Source: the human T2T-CHM13v2.0 reference genome, Homo sapiens
Reading direction: 5' to 3' (one strand)
Length of the DNA: 64,000 bases
Assembly (NCBI RefSeq): GCF_009914755.1
Contig: NC_060948.1
Below the pieces are notes generated by a model. It searched no databases. It had not been told where the DNA came from and saw nothing but the letters and a program-made list of their open reading frames with translations. This document shows positions 28,112 through 53,583 of this stretch, piece by piece (position 1 is the stretch's first letter; every line of letters begins with the position of its first letter). The position numbers and the translations under genes were made by a program.

Positions 28112-30275
28112 GTATATATAAAATATAATATATTATATAATATAATGTATATTATATATTATATTATAATATATATTACATAATATACAATGTATAATAT
28201 ATTTATATATTATATAATACTACATAATATGTTATAATACATGATATACTATATTATACATTATATATTATATTATATAATTATTATATATTATATAATA
28301 AATAAGATATTATATATTATATTACATATAATACAATATATTATATAACATATATAATATATAATATACAATACTATATATAAAATATCTTATATATTAT
28401 ACATATTTATATATAAAATAATAATATATACATTATATATTATAATATATAATTATATATAAATATATAAATATATAATTATGTATAAATTATATAACAT
28501 ATAATTAATATATATTATAATAATATATATAAATTATATTATATATTATATTATATATTTAATATTTAATATATATAAATTTATATATATTATTTTTATA
28601 TATGATATATAATATATAAATATATTTATAAAGAAATATATATTTATAAATAAATATCTATATGTATGAAGAAACATATATTTATAAGTAAATATCTATA
28701 TGTATAAATAAATATATCTATATTTATAAATAAATATCTATATGTATAAATAAATATATATATTTATATATAAATAAATATTTAAATATATTTATACATA
28801 TATTCATATATTTATATATATATTTATAAATAAATATATATATAAATAAATATATACTTATAAATAAATATATAAATAAATATATAAAATATATATAAAA
28901 ATAAATATATTTATAAAAATATATATAAATATATATTTATAATAATATGTATTTATAAATAAATATATATATTTATAAATATATATTTATAAATATATAT
29001 GTATAAATAAATAACTATATATTTATATATATATTTATAAATACATATATATTTATAAATATATATATAAATATATATATTTAGAGTATACATACTCTAA
29101 ATATATATTTATATATATATTTATAAATATATATATTTTTTTATTATATATATATTTTATATATTTTTTATATATATAAATTATATATATAATTAATATA
29201 TATATAAATTATATAAATATATTTATAAATATATAAAAATTAGTATATATAAAAATTAATAAATATATTTTTATTTATGTATAAATAAGTATATAAAAAT
29301 AATAAATACAATATATAAATATAAATATAATGTATTATATATAATATATATCATATATTAAATATAATTAATATATTATTATATATGATTTAATAATCAA
29401 TATATAATATTCTATATTAATATAATAATCAATATATTATTACATATAATATAATATGGTATAATAATATATATCATGTATTATATATAAAATAATATAT
29501 TATTTGTATATATAAATATATATTTATATATAATATTATATATAAAATAATATATTATTTGTATATATAAATATATATTTATATATAATATTATATATAT
29601 AATAATATAATATATAAAAATATATAATATATAAATATATAATAAATAATAATATAATAATATATATTATATAATATGTTAATATATTATATATTAATAT
29701 ATAATATATTGAATATTATATATGTTGTGTATTATATAATATGTTATATATTATATAATATGTTATATATTATATAATATGTTATATATTATATAATATG
29801 TTATATATTACAGATTGTATAATATGTTATATATTATATAATATTATATAAGATGTTATATATTATATATTATATAATATGTTATATATTATATATTATA
29901 TAATATATTGTATATTGTATATGATGTATTATATATTATATAATATATTGTATATTGTATATGATGTATTATATATAATATACATTATATATATTATATA
30001 TTATATCATATATTATTATATATTATATGTAATATTACATAATATATAATATAATATATAATTTAATATTTAATATATGCTCTTATATTAATATATATTA
30101 TATATTATATAGTGTATATATTATATATATAATATATTATATGTCTGTTTGACATGAATCCTGCTTGTCTGGGAACTTAGAATACATATTCTGCAGGCTG
30201 AGGAGCAAGGAGCGCCAGTCCCAACCCACATAATATTCCATTAGTTTTGTCCCTCTAGAGAACCTTGACTAATAT
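27727..30275. mobile_element. MLT2A LTR split by a ~2.1-kb (CA)n + AT-rich expansion
   Basis: First part 27727-28059 and terminal part 30237-30275 (ccattagttttgtccctctagagaaccttgactaata) both match the intact MLT2A at 20307-20743. Confidence 0.85.
28064..30142. repeat. (CA)n followed by ~2 kb of nearly pure A/T sequence
   Basis: Direct observation; includes a local 19-bp tandem (tatataatatgttatatat) near 29730-29900. Confidence 0.97.
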
Positions 30276-30349
30276 ATTGCCAAATCATTCCCACGGAGGT
30301 TGTGCAAATTCACAGCAGTAAAATTGAAAATGGATAATGAAACCAGGAA

Positions 30350-33400
<3,051 letters not shown>

Positions 33401-33595
33401 TTTTCTTTACTGACACTGCCAGCATGTACTGAAGCTTAGTAAGCACATGCAGAATAAATCACATAAAAAGTCTCTCTTCCTTAAGACGTTAGGGATTGGC
33501 TCTGATACCAACAACTACCATACTATTTCAAATACTATTATTTTAAAAATTTATAAAGTATTTTATCCTATGTTCTATTACCCCTTAAATAACTT

Positions 33596-33785
33596 CTTTT
33601 TTTCTTGAGACAGACTTTTGCTCTGTCACTCAGACTGTAGTGTAGTGGGGCAATCTTGGCTCACTGCAACCTCTGCCTCCCAGGTTCAAGCAATTCTGCC
33701 TCAGCTTCCCAAGTAGCTGGGACTACAGGGGCACACCAGCACCCCTGTCTAATTTTTGTATTTTTATTAGAGGTGGGTTTCACCA
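33596..33785 (-). mobile_element. Truncated Alu
   Basis: Antisense right arm and linker only. Confidence 0.8.
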
Positions 33786-34198
33786 AATATTGTTCCATGT
33801 GTTTAGAAGCATGGTCGATGTTATTCTTTTTTTGAAGTAGAAGTAGATATGTAATGATAGAGGTAGACATTCTGAACTCTGTTGAAAGGAAAGCCTTCAG
33901 GCCACAGGAGATTTGGTTGATGGGAGGAGAGAGAAAAGGCCTCATGACATTTGCTAGCTGGTTTCACTGAGTAGTTGCTTAAAGGACTCTTGGGAAGAGG
34001 GATTAAACTTTTGCTCTGAAGGATCCACAGAAGCGACTGTGTAGAATCCCTATTTTGTGTTCTGCAGAACTACTTTCCTTTAAATGAGTGGTGCAGACAA
34101 AATGATAATGTGGTTTAGATATAATTTTAATTAATACATAAAATTGGACATAAAGCAAACGAGTTTATTTACATACTTTTATGTTCACACAGACTTTC

Positions 34199-39872
<5,674 letters not shown>

Positions 39873-39969
39873 AATTCCACACACACTTCCAATAACTGTG
39901 TTAGGAAAAAACTCACAAGCTGTTTTTTGTCTGCCCTCACACAACAATCAACACAGAAGACTTCCGTGA

Positions 39970-40343
<374 letters not shown>

Positions 40344-41542
40344 AACTACAGCTACCTTTTTAGGTGGTTATCCTTATTGCAAAAGCAGCAACAGATACTT
40401 TCAAAATTGATCTTCTTAAAGCCAGAACATGTATACTCCTCTATGTAAATTTAAATCTCTCTAAATCTCCCTTCTCTTTCTCCATTCCTAGGCAACCACT
40501 AATCTGCCTTCTGTCTCTATGGATTAGGTAGCATTTTCTAGCATTTTAAGTAGAGTTCCAGGATGGAGTGTGTACCTTTATAAGTGGCTAGCTCATGAAA
40601 AGAACACTGCAGGTAGTTCACAGATTGAGACACCAACATATTCCTATTCTATATTGCTCCAATTAAAAGCATGACCAGATGGTAAACTAGCTTGCCCAAG
40701 CCTTGTTTGACTTGTTGCAATTGCCTGCCCCCATCTGCAAAAATGTGGTGAGTTATAGAGGTACATACATCTCAGTGTAAGGTGCAGATATCTATGGTTT
40801 TTTTGTTTGTTTGTTTGAGACAGTTCTTGCTTTGTTTCTCAGGCTGGAGTGGAGCAGTACAAACAATCATAGCTTACTGGAGCCTCTAACTTAGGCTCAA
40901 GCAATCCTCTGAAAGTGTTGGGATTACCAGCATGAGCTATTGCACCTGGCCTCTCCATGGTTTTTTATTTTAGTTTTTAGTCCCTGTCACCCAGGCTGGA
41001 GTGTCGTGGTATGATCTTGGCTCATTGTAACCTCTGCCTCCCAGGTCCAATCGATTCTTCTGCCTCAGCCTCCCAAGTAGTTTATTTTTCCCACCACCAC
41101 AATCAGCTAATTTTTGTAGTAGAGACAGGGTTTTGCCATGTTGGCCAGCCTGGTGTTGAAATCCTGACCTCGGTGATTCACCCACCTCAGCCTCCTAAAT
41201 TCTCTACATGGTTTTTTAAACATCACTTGAATGGTGGTTCATATATAAACTCTCCTCCCTGTAGTGGCAGCTGCTATGTGTCTTATTTTGTAGGCTCATT
41301 TTATCTTTGCATGTGTGGGGACCAGGCAGCCAGGATAGGGTTGTGATGGACCACTTTCACAAAGCAGTGGTATCTTGTTTCACAGGCATGGGCAGCACAG
41401 ACTTTGTGGTCCTTGAGAATCTGCTGCTGGGAAAGCAATGCAGAAGGAGACAGGCAGGTAGCTATATCCCCAGACAAATGAGAGCCAGTGCTTCCTCTTG
41501 CCCAGGGCACGGAAAGTTCAGGGCAGACATGTGCCCTTTTAT

Positions 41543-41588
41543 TGTGTGTATGTGTGTGTGTGAGAGTGTGTGTGTGTGTGTGTGTGTA
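41543..41588. repeat. (TG)n microsatellite
   Basis: Direct observation. Confidence 0.9.
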
Positions 41589-42944
41589 TCCAGTTTTCAT
41601 CTGTACTGTTTTCCTAGGTCCCAGGTCCACTGCAGAAGAGTCCTGGACAGGTCTTGAATGGATCCAGGCTCTGAGATTTTCACAGAGGCTCACAGGCTAT
41701 TTTGACTGGCAGAAAAGCAGTTCTACCACTTACTGCCTTAAGCACATGTGCTTAGGAAGGTTAAGGCTGGAAACCTGGTGGCCTATTGGCATTTTCCTCA
41801 TAACTTAGCCCAGCTGGGTCAGTGCAAAAGGGAGGTCAGCCTGATGCCCTCGAGCTGCACTGGAGGAGAGGGAGCAGCGTGGTGAAGGACGGAGAAAGGG
41901 ATGGCAGGTTCTAGCTTAGCTGAGCTTGTCCTACCACTCAGTGCTACGGTTGATGGCTGTTGTCTGTTGTCGTGGTCTGTTGCTATTCTCTCTCTGGCAT
42001 CTGTATTAACAACTCTGGGGACACAGTAATCTATTTTTCCTACTTCATAGGCAAATTGCCAAAAGTTCAGCCTCTAAAAAACACCTATAATTTCAAACAC
42101 CCTGAGGAAAATTTCTTTTAAATATCATATCATAAATCATTTTCTAAAGCTTTACAATTACCCTTTTGATCTTTTCCCAAATTTACATTATTAGTTTTGT
42201 TTACAACAAAGTCTGCCTGCTGCCTTGTCATTGACCCCACTCTGGGGAGTTTCTCTTGAACCGATCAAGTGTTGCAAGTCATTTTGTGGGGGCCAAATCC
42301 TGGATAGGGTCAATTCAGTTCATTTCCTGCCACTTTGCTGGCAGTGCTAAACCCTCTTGTGAATCTAATTACATCTGCTAAGCTTGCATTCAAGAGCAGC
42401 TTAGAAGCAGAGGGGAGGGTTTTCTGCAGCAGGCTGTAAGGGTTTGTAAGACTGTGTAGTGTGGTCCTACCTTTGAAGAGAAGAGTCTGCACATTGAGGG
42501 ACAGCATTCGTCTTGCTAGGAGCAAGTTTCTTACAACATGCACACCCTCTTGGCCATTGCTAAGGTGCCCTGACTGCTGCTCCAAGCCCACATTGTGCTG
42601 TGCCCCCCTCTGCTGCTGGCTCCTTGGAGCTGTCCTGGAGCAGGTGGCCCTGTGGCCCCAAGATTGATTAGCACAGATGTTCCAGCAGCTGCTACTTGAA
42701 ACTCTGGCAGCCAGTAACGGGCCTGCCTAATATGTCAGCAGGTTTACATCCCCACCCCATCTTTCCCAGCCCTCCCTACTCCCTCCAAAGCTACTCCTGG
42801 GGCAGAAACTGTGTATGTTTAGATGGAGAGTATGCTCCTTAGTGGGGACACTGGAGGATGTCTGGTGAAACTCGTGCCTTGAAGGCTGTCTGATATCATT
42901 GATATCATTTGTCTGTGATTCAGGAGTGGGTATTTTGTTTCTTC

Positions 42945-43267
<323 letters not shown>

Positions 43268-46200
43268 TGAGCATTTGGGGGCTTATGGCTGTTTGCTACT
43301 GTGCTTATTTTCTTGTTAAAACAAAAGAGACCATGCTTTTTTGGCTTATTTTCCATTATTGTTTTTATTTAATTTATTTTATTATGAATGCAGGAAGGGA
43401 AGGAGAAAGGGAGGGAGGATACAAGGAAGGAAGAACAGGATCTCACTCTGTTACCCAGGCTGGAGTGTGGTGGCTATTGATAGGCATGATCATACCTCAT
43501 TACAGCCTCAAACTCCTGGGCTCAAGCAGTGCTCTTGCCTCAGCCTCCTGAATAGCTGGGACCACAGGTACATTCCACCATGCCCAGCTTATTGTTTTTA
43601 TTAAGTAAAATGAGGAGAAAAAAGAAAACCACATAGATCAGAATTGTTTTATTTCAGGGAAAATTGTTAATACTTCTATTTGGGTTTTGCCTTAATGTGT
43701 GGCTTAAGTAATTTAACCAGATGAATCTCTAAATACTTGCGGCATTTCATATTGTAAGTCAAGTAGAGAATGGTAAATAGTTAAGATTTTGCTTTTCATG
43801 TCTCCCCTTATTAGTTATCATAAAAGAACTAGAGCTTTATAAGGCATATAATGCATGCTAATAATAACCAAGACATAAAAGTGATGTCTTTAAGATTTAG
43901 TTTGGAAGCATTGGTGGTTTCTCATATAGTAAGACTTATGGAGAATGTTTAGCTTATTTCTTGGTTATTTGGGATATCTATAGTACCTGTGAATGTTGTG
44001 CAGTGGGATCCACACTATACAGGTTAAGTTTATTTTGAGGTTTGAGGAATTGAGAGGTTAGTAATAGCATTTGCAAAGAAGCTTAAATGACTTATTTTTG
44101 TGTGTATTCTGCAAATGGAGTAGACTTAGGAAAAGAGATTTACCCAAACTGGTCGAATTCCTAGTTTACTAATGGATTGGAAGAAGAGTGTTCTGGTGAG
44201 ATTTTAAGAGCAGACCCTGGAAATGTCCTATCTTGAGACTTGAGGGCACAGGGATCTGGGGACAGGTCTTGATGTCTGTTGTCTGGAAGGTGGTGTCCTG
44301 TAAGAGGCAACAGACACCAAGGGCCCCTGGGCCGATATGCCGAGTTCTTAATGAGCTTGGCAGGGCAGGAGGCCTGCATATGGCTTCTGTCCAGTGTGCT
44401 ACTCACCCTTGCAGTTACCTCTAAGGTACAGGTAGATCAGCCCTTTCCAGGTAGAGAAGCCTCCAGAGGCTCTCTTTGCCCACATGGAACACAATGAGCA
44501 GGTCCGCTTTCTGTCCATCCCATCCTTGGCTTTGGCAGCACTGGCACACTGTGATATTCTGCTCTGTACTGGCCACTTTGTTCAGATGGAAACAAACATG
44601 CTTTCAAAGTGTTGCCAAGGTGCAGGGAGAGGTGATGTTGGCTGAGCCATGAGTGGTGGCTGCCCAGTAGCTTATAAAGCTGGAGAAAATGTTGCCTCTT
44701 GAAACTTTTACCTCACGCCCAGCTACCATGAACACCCCTGGGTTCTAAGGTAGGTGAGTCTTTGGGGGAAGAAATGAAGTTCCCAATACAGCCTTGGCTA
44801 TTTCTGCAAAGTGAGGGGCATACTTTATCTGTAAAAAAGCCTGATTTTGTTTTGTTTTAGCATCACTCGCTAATTTATTCACACAAAGAAAGTGCTCCAT
44901 AATGAAAACAACTTCATCCTATGTCTCCGTCCCAAACAGACACACTCACCTCCCACCTGTCCCCAACTGCAAAGATGTGTCTTGGCTATCTCAAGGTACT
45001 TTTAGAACCAAATCCTCATAAAAACAATTTGGAATAGTTGCCTGATAACATGGTTTTATTGCTGAAGAAAGCCTGTTTGTGGCAGTTAGAGTCCAAAGGC
45101 CTTTTGAATTGAATGAAGTGGCATGTTTAAGTAGAGTGCTGAGAAGGATTTGCTGAGCGGTAATCATGACAGCATTGATGGGGATATGAAATGGGCTGAT
45201 CAAATAACTGGGGCAGTTCTGCCATCCAGACTATGTTTCTGTGGGGTAGCCAGCATCATGCACAGGGCAGGTGCCAAGAGTTCTCTCCACCATGGAGGGT
45301 GTTTTGCCATTTTCTCTGCTGGTGGTGGGTGTGCTTGCCTTTAATAATATGGAAAGCAAGATCATTGGTCTGTAGCTTCTAGTAAATAACAAAAAAGAGG
45401 AAGGAACCAGATCTTTCTTCAGTGATTTCACTACTTTGATTTGCTAACTATGACATGATCATTTATTAAATCTAAAGACACAAAGAAAATTTCTCTGGCT
45501 CAATGCTCTTGCAAAGAAAAGGATGCCTCTCACCCTCTTGGTGAGTTGATAAGTGATCAAATAAGGAAAGATTTTTATCAGCCACTTGGCGTATATTGAT
45601 GAACACATGTGAGTGGATGGCTGGCTTACCATAGTGACCACACATGTGTGGTGGTATTTAATAGTTCTCTGAATGTGTACAGATCTGTAGAAAGTTTGCA
45701 GTAAAATCACAGGCTTCCTTTGGAGAAATGTTATTTAATCATTATAGCATTTCACTATTGCCACATTTAGTTAACCTACATTTAACCTACAGTGCCTACA
45801 ACTTTACATTTAAAGGAATTCGTGGACCTTGTTGTTGTTTTTTTTTTCCTGATTTGCCACTCAGTTTCACCTCTTTTCATGATCATGGCTCAACGTTTCT
45901 TTGCTGTGCCATGACTCCAAAGTCTGTTTTACTGGTTACTTTCCCTAAACTTCATATCTCTTCTATATACCCTGTTCCTTGTTTTTGTTTTTATTTTTTT
46001 CTAGGAGGAATATTTTCTTAACTCTTCTAGTACCATGAGTAACCATGGGTCTTGGGAAGGGAATTTGAGGACAAATTGTATAAATATACAGTAAATTGCT
46101 ATGGGCTTTCTGTAGTGAGCAGAATTCCAGAATGGGATAAAGGAGATTGTTTCACATGATCTTCTGCTGGGCAGAGAATTCCAGAAAGGGCTAGGATAGA

Positions 46201-46550
46201 TTGTTTCTTTAAATCTCATTCCTTTCCCTTTACATATATTTATATAGCTAGAACCCATTATACACAGCATTTAGATGACAGTAGTTGGCAATCTCTAGTT
46301 GCCTTGTCTTTTTTGTTTTGTTTTGTGTTTGTGGTTTTTTTTTTTTTTTTTGGTGTGGCTTTTGCTATGTTTATACTGATATGTTGACTAAGTGAAACTT
46401 TTTGGCCTTTATTCTTATATCCCTGGTGTTCATTCTTAAGGCTATATAGAACTAGTCATATTAATGATTGTGCACTTGGATATGCTGAGTTTCTTTGCCA
46501 ACAAATTCATTCTGTTGAAACATAGCCAAGAAGCTGTGTAGATGCCCTTC

Positions 46551-46884
<334 letters not shown>

Positions 46885-47311
46885 TGAATGAAATGATTAT
46901 TTGACACTTGGGGTATGTTGAACTCAAATGGTTTGGATACCTGGAGAGAGATCTTTTTTTTTTCCTTTTCTTTCTAACAGTAATGGGTTTACCAAAGTGA
47001 AGATTACAGAGGTCAATAGGAAAAAATAAGTCATTGAGGTCTGCTCCACTCCTCTGTTTCATGCCACTCTGTTTGGCCTATGGATTCTGTGGCATTTCTC
47101 TGCAGTCTTTTCTGCTGTAGGACCCAGGTTGCACACCAGAGGCTGAGGACAGAGGTGGGGCACGCTCTTGCTAGGGGAGAGAGGGAGAAGCCTGGTGGGG
47201 CACAGAGCAGCTCTGGGGCTTTCACACCCATGAATGCTGCTGCTGGGCCCTGGTATTTGCTTACAGTAGAGCTCTGATATCTTGTCTCAGTCTCAGCTAC
47301 ATAAGTCATTA

Positions 47312-47815
<504 letters not shown>

Positions 47816-48646
47816 CTAGTTAACATATTGTATGCACTACAAATTGTATTGTACATTATGAATTTGTATTGTATACAAATATGAATGGCATATTTGTATA
47901 CATTCATGTAATGTATGTGAGAAGCACTCCCGCCACATGGCTGTGATCATTCCTTTAGGTCCTGCCTCATGGGAGTTTGCAGGTGAGTGGGCTGAAGAGC
48001 TCTCACCAGTGTGGACTCAGAGAGGAAGGAAGGTTAGAAGCCAACCCAGGAAAATCTTTGCTGAGGACAGGCCAGCAGAGCTGGGTCATTCATGTTGTAG
48101 CATGTGTCAGAATTTCCTTTTTATTTCCTAGTAATATTTCATTTTGTGGATAGACCACATTTTGTCTGTGCATCCTTCCATCCGTGGAGCAGTATATGTT
48201 TTGATAAAATGGCTAGCTGTTAAAGTCCATATTAGATGTAAGCCAAATAACATTACAGAGTAAACATCTAATGTAAAAGAGCAAATCTGAAATAATAATA
48301 TTATTACAATTTCATTTTAAAACATAATATCCGGATTTCAACAGAATGACATTTTGGTCCAGGAACAGAACTGTTTAGGACTCTCAGCTGCAAGAGGGCT
48401 TCTGTGGTCATTACCTTACTTGTTCCCAACACTTAATTAATTCTTCTTTTAGCCTGAGGCCAGTGGAAGGGTGAGATATGTTTTGGGTTTTTAGCTAACT
48501 GCTAGTATAGGTTAATGTTACTAACAAGCTGCTATCTCCTCTGATGTAACTGACCAAGCTAGAGAGCTAATTCCTGTTCATACTTGGATTTAAAGAATCA
48601 GTGCATGGGGACAATTCACTTTCTTTGAAACAGTTCTGCAAAATGA

Positions 48647-49563
<917 letters not shown>

Positions 49564-49995
49564 ATATTAAAAATATGATTAGAAAATCTCACTAGAGTGG
49601 TTATCTGCACATTATGGAAGGGTGGTAGGGAAAGATGTGGTGCAAGTGGATAGCAGTGTTCCTGCCATGCAGAAGAGATTGACTTACTGTATCTCTAAGG
49701 CAATGCTCCAGCTGCAAGGTTACAGATGGCTCTTATCTGTGCTACCCAGTGCAGTAGCCACTGTCCACATGGCCACTGAGCACTTCCAATGTGGACAGAA
49801 TGACCAAGGAACTGAACTTTGGATTTTGTCATTTAAATAACTCCATGTGCAGCTGTGGCTGCTGGATGGCACAGCCAATCCCTGAGAGACTGTCCTTATT
49901 CTACCTCATGACTTGTCAGTGGCCATACCCAGGACTGACATACATTCTATTTGGGACAAAGCTAGGAATGGAGGCAGGGCACAGCAGAGACTCAG

Positions 49996-50362
49996 TGTCA
50001 GGCCTCTGAGCCCAAGCCTGCACGTATACATCCAGATGGCCTGAAGCAAGTGAAGAATCACAAAAGAAGTGAAAATGGCCAGTACCTGCCTTAACTGATG
50101 ACATTACCTTGTGAAATTCCTTCTCCTGGCTCAGAACCTCCCCCACTGAGCACCTTGTGACCCCCATCCCTGCCCACAAGAGAACAACCCCTTTTGACTG
50201 TAATTTTCCACTACCCACCCAAATCCTATAAAACAGCCCCACCCCTATCTCCCTTCACTGACTCTCTTTTCGGACTCAGCCCACGTGAACCCAGGTGATT
50301 AAAAAGCTTTATTGCTCACACAAAGCCTGTTTGGCGGTCTCTTCACAGAGACTCAAGTGACA
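49996..50362 (+). mobile_element. HERV-H (LTR7-family) solo LTR
   Basis: TGTCAGGCCTCTGAGCCCAAGC...GTGACA termini, TATAAAA at ~50227, ATTAAA polyA signal, near-perfect 5-bp TSD ctcag/ttcag. Confidence 0.9.
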
Positions 50363-52384
50363 TTCAGTCTCTCCCTTCCCCCATGGCAGAGGCCTCTACA
50401 GGGCTGACTTCAGCAGCTACAGAGGCTCAGAAGCTTTGGGCTTTGGTTCTGGCTGCCAGCTGAGTTCCTCAGTCTTCTTCCATGTTCCCTTTGCAGGTGC
50501 CAAATATGCAAATGACTTCTTTCCCTCCTGTGTCTGACGCGTGGGCCAGGAGGCTGGACAACAGCTGGACCTGCCTGGTATCACTGTCTGTGTAGCATTT
50601 CTGTGTAGCTCACTTTGGCTTCCTCACACCATGGCATCACAGGGTCAGTGGATTCCTCATAATCTATCACATGTATATATTTTTTAAGAGACAGGGTCTT
50701 GTTCCATCACCCAGGCTGGAGTGCAGTAGTATGAACATGGCTCACTACAGCCTCAACCTCCTGGGCTCAAATCATCCTCCCACCTCAGCTTCCTTAGTAG
50801 TTGTGACCACCGGTGCACACCACCACGCCTGGCTTTTTGAATTTTGTGTAGAGAGAGGGGTCTCACCGTGCTGCTCAGGTCAATCTCAAACTCCTGACCT
50901 AAAGCAATCCTCCCACAGCAGCGTGGCCATTTACACACATACTTTGTGAGACAAAAATCTGTTCCTAATATTTTTATACATGCTTGCTAATGATGGTTTA
51001 TCTGGGAGAACTTTTATTGTATCCATGGGGAACTGCTGTCCCACTAACCCAGCTGGTAGCCCAGTTTTTCCCACAGCAGGGTTGAACTAGCATCTTGAGT
51101 GTCAGATGTTTTCTCTTCCTAGCTTTTTCTTTTTCTCCCCTTTCCTCCAGTTTCAGTCAGTCTAGCTTATTTTCTTCATTAATTAACTGTAAAAGAAGAT
51201 GAAAGAAGTTGTGGATATCATAGCACAGAGAAACCCAGCTGAAAATGAAATTAACATGGCTAGACCCTGCCTTAAAGGATTTTGAGAAATTCCATGAGGT
51301 ATAGTCTGGGTTTTACAATTGCTTTCCTTCTGTGGTGTGATGAATTTGTCTTTTATACTTTCTCTTTGGCTCCTGTGAAAGTATCATAAAGTCAAAATGT
51401 TCCACATTTTGCCACCCATATACTTTTCCTCGTTAAAATGATCTGAGTCATCAAAAGTTTTGTGTTATAAATGCTTTTCAGTTTTCTTTTGTAAGATATT
51501 CTTTATTACATAATACTCTTCAATATTTTTGCCTGCTGGGAAAAATGTCTGATCTCCACAGAGTACTTAAAGAGGCCCCACATGAGCTCTTTCTCCATTC
51601 TTGATTGGGCTATCAGTGTCAGTACTGTCCCAAATTAGAGAAAAGTAAAGTTGGCTTCCCACCGTGAAGCTAGAGAAGTGAGCTCAGGAGGGTCTCCATG
51701 CAGCATTCCCCTGGAAGCCATATTTCATCACCAACATCCATTGGGATTTGCAAATGGACACACCTTATCACAGCTGGGCAGGTGTGGCCAAGATACTAAG
51801 AAGCCACACATAGGATGGTGCAGACTATGGCATGGAAGCCCAGGAAAGCTCCCCTGTCAGGAGTCCTGGCTAAAGGGACTCTAGCTTGTTAATGTAGGTC
51901 GTCATGACTCCCAGGGGGTATCCTTGGTTGATGAGACAGATACAGACTGAGTGGCTCAGGGGAAGTTGTGGCTACTAGTCTCAGTTAACCAGAAGGCAGC
52001 TGTCTTTATTTAGTTACCTAGGTAAACAGCCAGATACGCTGTGTGAACTCTGTGACCCAGCCTCCTGGGGTACCCATATGCATTTTCTCCAGCAAAAGAT
52101 AGGAGATTCTGTTTGTGTTCATATTGGGGCAGGGAGAGGGCATGATTTGCTTGCTTTTTTATCTATTTGGAATAAAAGTTCTTTACGTATTTTTACATAT
52201 GTAAGATTTTAAATGGACAACTAAGAGTGTCCATATTTTTGAAGAAATACGTTTTAAAGATAAGGATAGCTGAATATCTGGAGGCTGTCATTCGTGCTCT
52301 GCCTCAGGGCAAATGGGAGGCGAACAAAATTCTAAAAAGAAGGTATCTGGGCCCGGATTCAGTAGGCAGCTCTTGAATACAGTG

Positions 52385-53575
52385 CTGTAAACCCGCCTGA
52401 GTCCCTGTGACCCAGCGTCTGTCCCAGCGCCCGCACATTGTTCAGTCCCTGAGCACCCTGCACTGTTTGGCATAAGCAGGCATGCTGTATGCAGTCCGCG
52501 AGCCCACTGCACTGTTTGGTACAAGAGCACCCATCTTGTGCGGTCCCTGAGCCCCGGTGCACTGTTTGGCACGAGCTCTTGTGCGTGTGCAGTCCCTGAG
52601 CCTCCGTCCACTGTTTGACACGAGCGCGTGTGCCCTGTGCCATGCTTGAGCCGTCTGCACTATTTGGTATGGACATCCGCCCCGTGTGCAGCCTCTGAAC
52701 CCCCTGCACAGTTTGGCAAAGAGCACCCACTGGGTGAGGTCCCTGAGCCTCCCGAGCACTGTTTGGCAAGACCGTGCAAGCCATGTGCAGTCCCTGAGCC
52801 TCCTGAACTGTTTGGCACGAGCGCGGGCGCCCACTGTGGTCCCAGAGTCCCCTGAGCCACCATGCACAATTTGGCACAGGGGGCTAGCCATGTGCAGTTC
52901 CTGTGCCTCCTGCAGTTTTGCACAAGCGCGCGCATTGTGTGCGGCCCCTAAGCCCCCTGAGATGTTTAGCACGAGCGCCCGTGCCGTTTGCGGTCCCCTG
53001 AGCCCCCTGCACTGTTTGGCACGAGCGCCCGTGCCGTGTGCGGCTCCCGAACCACCTGCACTGTTTGGCACGAGAGCGCGCGCCCTATGCGGTCCCTGAG
53101 CCTCCAGAACCACCGATCACTGTTTGGCACAAGCGTGCGCGCCGTGTGCAGTCCCTGAGCCTCGTGGACTGTTTGGCACAAGAGCACCCACTGGGTGCGG
53201 TCCCCGAGCTTCCGTGCACTGTTAGGCACGAGCGCGCAACCATGTGACCTCCGTGAGCCTCCTGCACGGTTTGGCACGAGCGCCCGTGTTGTGTGCGGTC
53301 CCCGATCCCCCTGCACTGTTTGAAAAGAGCACGCAAGCCATGTACAGTCCCTGACCCTCCTGCACAATTTGTCACGAGCGCGTGCACCGCCTGCGGTGCC
53401 TGAGCCTCGTCAGCCACCGTACTCTACTGGACAAGGGCGCTTTTGCCGTGTGCGGTCTCTGAGCCACCTAAGCCACTGTGCCCTGTTTGGCACAAGAGCC
53501 GTGTGCCGTCCCAGAGCGCCCTGCGCTGTTTGGCAGCAGTGCGCGCTGTGTGAAGTCTTTGAGCCCCCTGCGTTC
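52385..53575. repeat. CpG-rich minisatellite, ~49-50-bp unit, ~22-24 diverged copies
   Basis: Representative unit cggtcccctgagccccctgcactgtttggcacgagcgcccgtgccgtgtg; tgtttggca core recurs about every 49 bp. Confidence 0.92.
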
Positions 53576-53583
53576 TTTTCCAG

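Noticed and set aside
42310-42667. Unique-sequence ORFs as a possible SHROOM2 upstream exon or novel gene
   Set aside because: No recognisable homology or convincing splice context.
52385-53575. CRISPR-like array or repeat protein (several overlapping ORFs up to 223 aa)
   Set aside because: Whole units are homologous with no unique spacers, there are no cas genes and the context is human; the ORFs result from stop-poor GC-rich repeats.
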